A stretch of 64,000 bases of DNA from Thermodesulfovibrionales bacterium (GTDB lineage Bacteria; Nitrospirota; Thermodesulfovibrionia; Thermodesulfovibrionales; UBA6898), in contig JBARHQ010000020.1 in the NCBI GenBank assembly GCA_049799315.1, forward strand, positions 21,085-85,084, read 5' to 3'. Of this stretch, positions 28,457 through 36,508 are shown piece by piece. The notes under the pieces were generated by a model, which worked only from the letters and a program-made list of their open reading frames with translations, was not told the DNA's origin and did not search any database. Numbering within the stretch: position 1 is the stretch's first letter; the number at the start of each line of letters is the position of its first letter. A program made the translations under genes and the position numbers.

Positions 28457-30168
28457 TTCTGCCCCTCATGATACTGATCCCGTTTGCCGGCGCAATCCTC
28501 GCCGGGGCCGTCGGCAGAAAAAATCCCCTGTGGTCCCGGGTCATCTCTTTGCTGGCGCTTGGTCTCGGACTGGGTGCTGCTTTTTCATTGTGGAGTCGGG
28601 CATTATGGAGTCCGGCCATGAACATGAGCGGCCTAGGAGAGGACTATCTCTGGATAGCGGAGTTCAATCATGAATGGATACCCGAACTCGGGATATCTCT
28701 CCACCTTGCGATAGACGGCCTCAGCCTGCTGCTGGTCCTTCTTACGTTTCTTCTCGGCATCGTGGCGGTAGTCTGTTCATGGACAGAGATACAGAAAGGG
28801 ACCGGATTTTTTCACCTCAACCTTATGCTCACGATCACCGGCGTCCTCGGGGTCTTTCTCAGCCTCGACCTGTTTCTTTTTTATTTTTTCTGGGAACTGA
28901 TGCTCGTGCCGATGTACTTTTTGATTTCCGTATGGGGGCATGAGGGCCGCGGTTACGCCTCCGTCAAATTTTTTATCTTCACGCAGTTGAGCGGACTGCT
29001 CATGCTCCTTGGCATCCTCGGGCTCTACTTCATCCATGGCCGCGCAACGGGGACCTATACATTTGACTATACCAGGTTGATCGGGACGACCCTCGGTCCG
29101 CGCGAGGGCTTCTGGATCATGCTCGGATTTTTTGCCGCCTTTGCGGTCAAGCTTCCTGTTATCCCCTTTCATACGTGGCTGGCCGACGCCCATACAGAGG
29201 CCCCGACAGCGGGCAGCGTTCTCCTTGCCGGGCTCCTGCTGAAGACGGGCGCATACGGCCTGTTCCGTTTTCTGCTCCCGCTGTTCCCCGAGGCGGTTGA
29301 AGGTTTCCGCATTGCGGGCATGGCCCTCGGCGTTGCGGGCATCATTTACGGGGCGTTGCTCGCTTATGCACAGACAGACCTCAAGCGGTTAATCGCCTGC
29401 AGCAGCATAAGCCATATGGGGTTTGTCCTGCTTGGCATATTCTCGATGAACCAGCTCGGCCTGCAGGGTGCCGTCATACAGATGCTCTGTCACGGCTTCA
29501 GCACCGGCGGCCTCTTCATCATTGCGGGTGCGCTTCAGGAACGGCTACATACGCGGGACCTGGCTGCCATGGGCGGGATATGGCCTCTTGCGCCACGCAT
29601 GGCCGGGGCCGGCCTCTTCTTTGCGCTCGCCGCGCTCGCGCTTCCAGGCCTCGGGAATTTCATCGGAGAATTCCTGGTGCTGCTCGGTGCATATCAGGTG
29701 AATGGCTCTCTGACCGCAATAGCTGCGGCAGGGATGGCGCTCTCCGCTGTTTATTCCCTCCGTATTGTCCAGAGCATTTTTCATGGCAGGAGAAGTGAAA
29801 GTCTTCAGGTCACCGACCTTTCCCCGAGGGAGATGACGGTGATGGCCTGCATGGCGGCTGTTATCATATTCCTCGGACTCTTTCCTCAACCGGTGCTCGA
29901 TATTTCGGATCCCGCACTGAAGAGGATCATTCCGTCGATGCGGAACGACAAAACAGTGCAGTCCGTTAACATTGACGGCTTCGTAAAAAGTCGTCATTCC
30001 CGCGAAGGCGGGAATCCAGATGCTCGCAACGTATTGAAAAGAATGGATTCCCGATTAAGGCCTTCGGGAATGACAGCCACGGAAAGGACTTTTTACGATG
30101 GTGTCAAAATTGATATGACTCAGGTTCATATCAACCCGGCAGGGCCGGCACGGGAGAGAACAGAGTGA
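28453..30168 (+). CDS. nuoM: NADH-quinone oxidoreductase subunit M with a C-terminal extension of about 60-70 aa read through a palindromic repeat element
   Basis: ATGA overlap with the nuoL stop (start MILPLMILIPF...). The antiporter-like body ends around ...FLGLFPQPVLD. The ORF then continues through 29981-30098 (..VKSRHSREGGNPDARNVLKRMDSRLRPSGMT..) to a TGA overlapping the nuoN GTG. Confidence 0.85.
   Translation: MILPLMILIPFAGAILAGAVGRKNPLWSRVISLLALGLGLGAAFSLWSRALWSPAMNMSGLGEDYLWIAEFNHEWIPELGISLHLAIDGLSLLLVLLTFLLGIVAVVCSWTEIQKGTGFFHLNLMLTITGVLGVFLSLDLFLFYFFWELMLVPMYFLISVWGHEGRGYASVKFFIFTQLSGLLMLLGILGLYFIHGRATGTYTFDYTRLIGTTLGPREGFWIMLGFFAAFAVKLPVIPFHTWLADAHTEAPTAGSVLLAGLLLKTGAYGLFRFLLPLFPEAVEGFRIAGMALGVAGIIYGALLAYAQTDLKRLIACSSISHMGFVLLGIFSMNQLGLQGAVIQMLCHGFSTGGLFIIAGALQERLHTRDLAAMGGIWPLAPRMAGAGLFFALAALALPGLGNFIGEFLVLLGAYQVNGSLTAIAAAGMALSAVYSLRIVQSIFHGRRSESLQVTDLSPREMTVMACMAAVIIFLGLFPQPVLDISDPALKRIIPSMRNDKTVQSVNIDGFVKSRHSREGGNPDARNVLKRMDSRLRPSGMTATERTFYDGVKIDMTQVHINPAGPARERTE
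29981..30098. repeat. nested palindromic REP/MITE-like element (copy A)
   Basis: Outer arms tcgtaaaaagtc / gactttttacga. Inner arms gtcattcc / ggaatgac. Two internal hairpins: attcccgc-gaag-gcgggaat and attcccga-ttaaggcct-tcgggaat. Shares TCATTCC, GGATTCCCG and TTCGGGAATGACA blocks with copy B at 36086-36161. Confidence 0.75.
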
Positions 30169-31628
30169 GCGCCGGCGATTTCATGGTTCTGTCCCCCCTG
30201 ATCGCTCTTGCGGTCGCATCGGTCGTCATTATGCTCGGCATCTCTGTGCAGCGGGGGCATCGTGTCACCTTCCTGATAACACTGGCCGGACTCGGATCGT
30301 CTTTTGGGATGTTGGTGCGGGTATACCGGATATATGGTCTTGCAGACCGCCAGGTCACCCGGCTGATGCTCGTGGACGACTTTGCTATTTTCTATCTGGG
30401 CTTGATTCTTATCGCCGCATGCATCATCGTTGTCCTCTCTTTCGAATATCTGAAGCAGCGGGCAGGCGATAATGAGGAGTACTATCTGCTGCTGCTCGTC
30501 GCCGTACTCGGCGCGATGACCATAGTCGTCAGCAGCCACTTTGCCTCGTTCTTCCTCGGACTCGAACTCTTGAGCGTCTCCCTCTATACCATGGTGGCAT
30601 ACCTTGATGGGCGGGATGCGGGCATCGAGGCAGGGATCAAGTACCTCGTCCTCGCCTCGGTTTCGGCGGCCTTTCTGCTCTTCGGCATCGCCCTGGTCTA
30701 TGCAGCCACGGGGACAATGCATATCGGCACGCTTGCATCACTCGCGGCAGCGCTCCCCATGCAGGCCGGAGGAGTCAACCCGCTCATTCTGGCAGGCTTC
30801 GGATTGATCATCGCAGGTCTCGGGTTCAAGCTGGCGCTCGTTCCATTTCATCTCTGGACCCCGGATGTCTATGAAGGAGCCCCTGCGCCGGTCACTGCGT
30901 TTATTGCGACGGTCTCGAAGGGGGCTGTACTGGTATTCCTGATCCGGTTTGGCGCGTCAATGAAGATCCAGGAAAATCCCTCGCTCTTTGCTGTATTTTC
31001 GCTGCTCGCGGTTCTCTCCATGTTCACCGGGAACCTGCTTGCCCTGTTCCAGAAAAATATAAAACGGCTGCTCGCCTATTCCTCGATAGCGCATATCGGG
31101 TACCTCCTTGTCCCATTTATGGCCGGCGGAAGAATCGGTCTGAGCGCGACGGCCTATTATCTTGCCGCCTATTTTGTCACGACACTGGGGGCCTTCGGCG
31201 TCGTCACACTCCTGTCAGGGAAGGGGCGTGAGGCAGACCGCATCGATGACTACAGAGGTCTGGCAATACGCCATCCGTGGCTGGCCGGTTCACTTACCGC
31301 GATGCTTTTCTCTCTTGCGGGTATGCCGGTGACCGCCGGGTTTATCGCCAAGTTTTATATCATTGCGGCCGGGGCTGACTCCTCGCTTTGGTGGCTCGTA
31401 ATGGCCCTGGTCATTAACAGTGCGCTCGGCCTGTTTTATTATCTGCGCGTCGTCGCGGCCATATACACTCAGGAGAAAGAGGCGCATGGAGCACAGACTA
31501 AGAAGTATACGCTTTCGCTTTCCGGAGCCGTCATCCTCTCTGTACTGACCGTTCTGCTTATCTGCTTCGGAGTTTATCCGCCGCTTCTCATTGGGGTGAT
31601 AGAAAAGACGGTCCTCAGACTAATCTGA
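30165..31628 (+). CDS. nuoN: NADH-quinone oxidoreductase subunit N
   Basis: 487 aa antiporter-like subunit. GTG 30165 (GTGA overlap, GGGAGAG upstream) or ATG 30183. Confidence 0.9.
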   Translation: MSAGDFMVLSPLIALAVASVVIMLGISVQRGHRVTFLITLAGLGSSFGMLVRVYRIYGLADRQVTRLMLVDDFAIFYLGLILIAACIIVVLSFEYLKQRAGDNEEYYLLLLVAVLGAMTIVVSSHFASFFLGLELLSVSLYTMVAYLDGRDAGIEAGIKYLVLASVSAAFLLFGIALVYAATGTMHIGTLASLAAALPMQAGGVNPLILAGFGLIIAGLGFKLALVPFHLWTPDVYEGAPAPVTAFIATVSKGAVLVFLIRFGASMKIQENPSLFAVFSLLAVLSMFTGNLLALFQKNIKRLLAYSSIAHIGYLLVPFMAGGRIGLSATAYYLAAYFVTTLGAFGVVTLLSGKGREADRIDDYRGLAIRHPWLAGSLTAMLFSLAGMPVTAGFIAKFYIIAAGADSSLWWLVMALVINSALGLFYYLRVVAAIYTQEKEAHGAQTKKYTLSLSGAVILSVLTVLLICFGVYPPLLIGVIEKTVLRLI

Positions 31629-31654
31629 CAGGATAAATATTATGGCGGATCAGA

Positions 31655-31692
31655 GGCCACATCCTCTTCAGGGGATGTGGCCCCTGTTTTTC
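31655..31692 (+). terminator. rho-independent terminator of the nuo array
   Basis: ggccacatcc (31655-31664) pairs with ggatgtggcc (31673-31682); 8-nt loop, followed by cctgttttt. Confidence 0.7.
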
Positions 31693-31706
31693 AGCAAAAC
31701 AAAAAA

Positions 31707-32180
31707 TCAGGCCGGAACAACCAGCACCTTGCAAGGAGCATGGCCGATGACTTTCTGGGTGACGCTTCCCATCAGGAGTCTGGTGAGTCCTGAACGACCG
31801 TGCGTTCCCATGACGATCATGTCGACATTCCTGGCCTTTGCTTCGTCGATGATGAATCTCCAGGCCTCTTCACCTTCATGGGTTATCACCTCAACGTCTA
31901 TCCCTTCCTTTTGCACGCACGCCTTGACCGCATCGATCAGTTCCCCGGTATCTTTTTCGAGTTTTTCGACTACGTTGGGGGCCATGGTTGCGTATTCCGG
32001 ATTTACCTCAATTACTGACACAACATACAGTTTTGTCCCGCAGGTCTTTGCGAGATTGACCGCCTCTCTCAGGGCCTTTTCGCTGTAGGTTGATCCGTCT
32101 GTTGCCAGCAGGATCGCCTTCAGCCCGGTGATCGGACAGGCCGCTGCCCCGCTTATGGCATTCGTCATAGTATCGCCCAT
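31707..32180 (-). CDS. universal stress protein (UspA family)
   Basis: Internal start MGDTMTNAIS... with AGAGGAGGAGGA upstream. Contains ILLATDGSTYSEKALREAV...MIVMGTHGRSGLTRLLMGSVTQKVIGHAPCKVLVV. Confidence 0.85.
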   Translation of the reverse strand: MGDTMTNAISGAAACPITGLKAILLATDGSTYSEKALREAVNLAKTCGTKLYVVSVIEVNPEYATMAPNVVEKLEKDTGELIDAVKACVQKEGIDVEVITHEGEEAWRFIIDEAKARNVDMIVMGTHGRSGLTRLLMGSVTQKVIGHAPCKVLVVPA

Positions 32181-32181
32181 A

Positions 32182-32598
32182 TCAGTGTCCTCCTCCTCTG
32201 AGTATACCAGATGCTGCAAGCGTGAGCACCACCACCTCGATGACGGCAAGAACTCCGTAGACCGTGTCTTTTTTCCTGAAGAGTATCGGTATGATCCTCA
32301 GATAGCAGAGGATCGTGACACCCGAGAGAAATGCGATGCCGAGGAAGTTCACGAAATCACCTTTGCCGAGCATATGGAGCCACGCCCACCCGGGATGAAT
32401 GCCGGTTGCAACAAGATAGTCCTTCACCGGCATGCCCCAGTATTTGGGAAGGTCATTTACCGGTATATGCGGGGTGAAGATTCCGAAGACATAGATGGCG
32501 AAGGTTACGATCAGGGAAAGCATGCCGAGCTTCATGCCGATGTCAAGCAGCCTTGCGTATGCGAGCTGTTCTTCTGTTGCCTTTAATTTATCGTTCAT
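32182..32598 (-). CDS. small integral membrane protein (138 aa), TauE partner
   Basis: Internal start MNDKLKATEEQ... of track ORF 32182-32724. Three or four hydrophobic segments. Lies between the TauE and USP genes with gaps of 25 nt or less. Confidence 0.6.
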   Translation of the reverse strand: MNDKLKATEEQLAYARLLDIGMKLGMLSLIVTFAIYVFGIFTPHIPVNDLPKYWGMPVKDYLVATGIHPGWAWLHMLGKGDFVNFLGIAFLSGVTILCYLRIIPILFRKKDTVYGVLAVIEVVVLTLAASGILRGGGH

Positions 32599-32623
32599 AG
32601 TATCATCCTTTTGTTTTTTTTTG

Positions 32624-33601
32624 TTAATTCCATATATGGAGGCCCTTGAGTAGTGCCCTGAGGCCTGCGAAGAGCAGCAGGCCGATAACCATATACCGGA
32701 TAGCCGTCGGCTTCGCCTTTGCAAGGATTCTGACGCCGACGATTGAGCCGAGCATGATGCCGATGATCGACGGTACGACCATCATCGGAAGGACGGCGCC
32801 GTTATTTACATAGATCCAGGCAGCAGAGGTGTCGGTGATCGAGAGCAGGAATTTGCTGGTCGCAACCGAGACCTTCAGAGGTGCGCCCATCATAAGGTTA
32901 AGGACGGGTACGTTGGCCCAGCCGGCGCCGAGTCCGAACATGCCTGCCATAACGCCGATGATGATAAAGGTCGCAAGTCCCTGCGGTGTACGGTGGATTT
33001 TCCAGTTGATGTCCTGGCCGGTAGAGGCCTCGTGGTAGATGCCGCTTATCCTGAGCGCTGTCGAGAGGTTATCTGCCTGCGGGACTTCGGGATATTCGGA
33101 TTTTTTCGCCATCAGCATAATGGCGACGATACCGAGAATGGTCGCGCCGAGGGCTGTCTGTATGACGTTTGTCGGAAGCGCGAGACCTATCATTGCCCCG
33201 ACAATCGCACATGAAGAGGCGATCAGCGCAACGGGGAGGGCAAGCCTGAGGTCGGCCATGCCTTTCTTTAACAGTCCGGGACCTGCGGCAAGGGCACCCG
33301 CCAGTGCGACCAGTAGACCGGCTCCTCTTACAAAATCAAGGTGGAACGGGAAAAAACCGCCGATGATCGGGACGAAAAGTACGCCGCCGCCGACACCTCC
33401 GAGAACAGCGGCAATTCCAAGAAAAAAGGTGACGACAAAGAGTATCAGCGGCCATCCCCACCAGGGCATAGTTGATGCGGCTGCTGTTGCCGGTGCTGCT
33501 GTGGCCAAAGGTTCGCCGGATGCGAACGCAAGGCCAGCCGCCATCAGAACCGCAAGGGCGATTACTGCCAACGACAAGAGTAAAACGTTTTTCTTTACCA
33601 T
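32624..33601 (-). CDS. TauE/SafE (TSUP) family anion exporter
   Basis: 325 aa. GGVGGGVLFVPIIGG motif. Eight or so TM segments after a signal-like N-terminus. Confidence 0.85.
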   Translation of the reverse strand: MVKKNVLLLSLAVIALAVLMAAGLAFASGEPLATAAPATAAASTMPWWGWPLILFVVTFFLGIAAVLGGVGGGVLFVPIIGGFFPFHLDFVRGAGLLVALAGALAAGPGLLKKGMADLRLALPVALIASSCAIVGAMIGLALPTNVIQTALGATILGIVAIMLMAKKSEYPEVPQADNLSTALRISGIYHEASTGQDINWKIHRTPQGLATFIIIGVMAGMFGLGAGWANVPVLNLMMGAPLKVSVATSKFLLSITDTSAAWIYVNNGAVLPMMVVPSIIGIMLGSIVGVRILAKAKPTAIRYMVIGLLLFAGLRALLKGLHIWN

Positions 33602-33629
33602 AACGATAATCCTTCCTCCTTAAAGTTTA

Positions 33630-34391
33630 TTAACGAATCCGTTCGAAATCTGTCTGAAATTTGTATCGGTCGCTCCTACCGAGAAACCTTGTATACCCGA
33701 CGGGTATGTTGTCGGAACTGAGAAGCAAGCGGTGGACTGCAAGCACCGGGACCCCTTCGGCAAGATCAAGGTGTCTGGCCTGGTCAGGGCCGGCAAACTG
33801 CACCTCGATCGTCTGTATGACCCTGAATATCTTCTTGATCCCCCGCTCCTGAAGCACTGCATAGAGCGACATGGAGGCTATATCCAGGTCTTCAATGCCG
33901 GGGAGCATGCGATAGGGAATGAATGATTCATCAAGATATGCCGGTTCTCTGTTGACTAGCCTTCTGCAGAGGATCTGATAGGTTTGATCGTCGGTTGCGA
34001 GGTAGCCCCTCACATCGGCAGGAGGTTCCTTGATGCCTTTGTAGATAATCTCTCTTTCTGCCTTCACCTCCTTGCCGAACATTTCTTCTGTAAATCTAGT
34101 CTTCATTGCTACGCCGACCACAGGGGCAACCTCTATAACAAATGTTCCCTTGCCTTGGATCTTCATAAGGTAGCCGTCAGAGACGAGGTTGTTGATCGCC
34201 TGTCGTACGGTCACCTTGCTTACGTTATACAGTTTGCAGAGCTCCTCTTCCGACGGAATACGATCGTTGAGTTTCCAGCGGTTGGAGTGGATCTCATCAA
34301 GAAAGATCCGGGTGAGCTGTATATATAGTTTCTCCTGATTGAACCGGTCAACTGTGTTTATTTGCAACGCATGTGTTTCAGAATGCATCAT
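33630..34391 (-). CDS. GntR family transcriptional regulator, HutC/FarR subfamily (wHTH + UTRA)
   Basis: LNDRIPSEEELCKLYNVSKVTVRQAINNLVSDGYLMKIQGKGTFV, followed by a UTRA-like effector domain. Confidence 0.85.
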   Translation of the reverse strand: MMHSETHALQINTVDRFNQEKLYIQLTRIFLDEIHSNRWKLNDRIPSEEELCKLYNVSKVTVRQAINNLVSDGYLMKIQGKGTFVIEVAPVVGVAMKTRFTEEMFGKEVKAEREIIYKGIKEPPADVRGYLATDDQTYQILCRRLVNREPAYLDESFIPYRMLPGIEDLDIASMSLYAVLQERGIKKIFRVIQTIEVQFAGPDQARHLDLAEGVPVLAVHRLLLSSDNIPVGYTRFLGRSDRYKFQTDFERIR

Positions 34392-34475
34392 AACAGTATA
34401 ATATTATAATGACCTGATGATGTCAAGAGGAAAAATGAGGGATAAATCAAATTTATTTTTATGAAAACAAAGGAC

Positions 34476-34499
34476 GATTCCGGACAAGCCGAAATGACA
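34476..34499. repeat. solo hairpin module of the REP-like element (copy C, inverted)
   Basis: gattccggacaagccgaaatga matches the reverse complement of copy B's left hairpin (tcattccggcttgtccagaatc) at 20 of 22 positions. Confidence 0.5.
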
Positions 34500-34716
34500 C
34501 ATAAACGGTAATTATATCGATTTTGTGGCTAAACTCCATTAAACAGACGCAGAAATGTTGAAACAATTATGTAAGTATAACAAATATGTATGATTACCTG
34601 TAACTATCTAAAAAATAATATTTATTCGAGTTTTTTAATTGTAAAACATACAATTATGTAGCTTTTTGCATTAGATTGTATTATGTAACACAATGTAATT
34701 AAAATAAATTGCTGTC

Positions 34717-34732
34717 TGGCATGGTAATGGCA
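34717..34732 (+). promoter_or_regulatory. sigma54-type promoter upstream of amt
   Basis: TGGCATggtaaTGGCA has GG and GC at canonical -24/-12 spacing. It ends 34 nt upstream of the amt ATG, and GGAGGA SD follows at 34753-34758. Confidence 0.5.
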
Positions 34733-34765
34733 CATGTTTACACACTACTATATGGAGGAGTCTGA

Positions 34766-36073
34766 ATGAGAAAAATTGTAACAATTATGCTTTTTGTTTT
34801 AATCGGTGTCATTGCTTTGCCATTGACTGGTTATTCAGAAACTGCGGCAAAGATCGACACCGGTGACACGGCATTTGTCCTTGTTTCGACTGCCCTGGTC
34901 ATGTTGATGACCCCCGGACTGGCCATGTTCTATGGTGGCATGGTCCGAAGGAAAAACGTTCTCGGGACCTATATGCAGAGCTTTGTTGCCATTGCGGTTG
35001 TGACGATTCAGTGGATCCTCTGCGGGTACAGTCTGTCCTTTGGCCCGGATTTCCACGGCATCATCGGCGGGCTCGACTGGATCGGTCTTCGCGGCGTGGG
35101 GCTCGAGCCGAACCCTGACTATGCCCCGACCGTCCCCCACCTGGCATTCATGATCTATCAGGCGATGTTTGCTGTTATCACCCCGGCTCTTATCTCCGGT
35201 GCCATTGCCGAACGCATGAAATTTTCCTCCTTTCTGATTTTTACCGTTCTCTGGACAACCGTTGTCTATGACCCGGTTGCCCACTGGGTATGGGGGACAG
35301 GGGGCTGGATGAAGAACATGGGAGTCCTCGATTTTGCAGGGGGTATCGTGGTCCACGTGACCTCGGGAATCTCGGCGCTTGCTGCCGCTCTGGTGATCGG
35401 GAAGCGGAAGGGATACCTGCATGAAGCGATGACACCGCATAACCTCCCGATGACCGTCATAGGCGCCGGCATATTATGGTTCGGCTGGTTCGGCTTTAAT
35501 GCGGGCAGCGCGCTGTCAGCAGGGCCGCTGAGCGTTATGACCTTTGTAGCAACCCACAGTTCTGCTGTGGCCGCAACGCTCGCCTGGGTGGTGATCGAGT
35601 GGGTCCACCGTGGGAAGCCGACGATGTTCGGTGCCGCTACCGGCGCTATTGCGGGACTGGCAACGATCACCCCGGCGTCAGGTTTTGTCGGACCCATATC
35701 GGCCCTTGCGATCGGCATGATGGCAGGCGCTGTCTGTTATATAGCGCTGAATATGAAAAACCGTCTCGGGTATGATGACTCGCTCGATGCCTTCGGCGTT
35801 CATGGGATCGGAGGCATTCTGGGAACGCTGGCAACCGGGTTTCTGGCCCAGAAGATGATAAACCCTGCCGGTTCTGACGGTCTCATATTTGGCGGTTCGG
35901 GGCTGCTTATGAACCAGGTCACCGGCATTGCCGTAACGGTTGTATACTCATTTGCGGTAACCGTGGTTATTCTCAAGCTGTTAGACTGGACTATCGGGCT
36001 GAGACTGAGCGCGGAAGACGAGTTTGAAGGCCTCGATCTCAGTCAGCACGGCGAAAGCGGCTATACGCTCTAA
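34766..36073 (+). CDS. amt: ammonium transporter
   Basis: 435 aa with signal peptide. Amt signature DFAGGIVVHVTSG, plus GAILWFGWFGFNAGS. Confidence 0.95.
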   Translation: MRKIVTIMLFVLIGVIALPLTGYSETAAKIDTGDTAFVLVSTALVMLMTPGLAMFYGGMVRRKNVLGTYMQSFVAIAVVTIQWILCGYSLSFGPDFHGIIGGLDWIGLRGVGLEPNPDYAPTVPHLAFMIYQAMFAVITPALISGAIAERMKFSSFLIFTVLWTTVVYDPVAHWVWGTGGWMKNMGVLDFAGGIVVHVTSGISALAAALVIGKRKGYLHEAMTPHNLPMTVIGAGILWFGWFGFNAGSALSAGPLSVMTFVATHSSAVAATLAWVVIEWVHRGKPTMFGAATGAIAGLATITPASGFVGPISALAIGMMAGAVCYIALNMKNRLGYDDSLDAFGVHGIGGILGTLATGFLAQKMINPAGSDGLIFGGSGLLMNQVTGIAVTVVYSFAVTVVILKLLDWTIGLRLSAEDEFEGLDLSQHGESGYTL

Positions 36074-36085
36074 TTCAGAGTGCTT

Positions 36086-36161
36086 TCATTCCGGCTTGTC
36101 CAGAATCTTTCATAAGGGTTTAAAGAAGGATTCCCGGCGCATTTCACTTTCGGGAATGACA
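36086..36161. repeat. REP/MITE-like palindromic element (copy B)
   Basis: tcattccggcttgtccagaatc ... ggattcccggcgcatttcactttcgggaatgaca lies 13 nt downstream of the amt stop. It shares conserved blocks with copy A. Confidence 0.65.
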
Positions 36162-36316
36162 CTAAAACAATTAGTTAAATAATTGGCACCCTGCGGCAGA
36201 GACCGCAGGGTGCTCATCGAATCATCTCATTTCTCCTGTAAAATCCCATCCTTACCTCACTGTTCAGGTTATAATATAACGGTTTCCTTTGATGGTGTTT
36301 TGAAGCTGTGGCCCGT

Positions 36317-36350
36317 TGCTATGGCTCAATGCTATAGCCCGGTGCTATAA
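36317..36350. repeat. three direct TGCTATRR repeats with 13-bp period
   Basis: tgctatgg-ctcaa-tgctatag-cccgg-tgctataa, located about 160 nt upstream of glnD. Confidence 0.4.
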
Positions 36351-36508
36351 ATCCGGGCAGCCGGTCTTAATTATGGATAAACAGGAAAAGAAAAAATATT
36401 ACTCAAGTATCGGGATTTCCTTGCTTCTCAATAGGGCGTTTTCGGCCTTTATCTGCCGCGAACCTGTGTTGAGAAGCGCGGGAGTCGGTCCTGTTACTGT
36501 TCTGCTCT

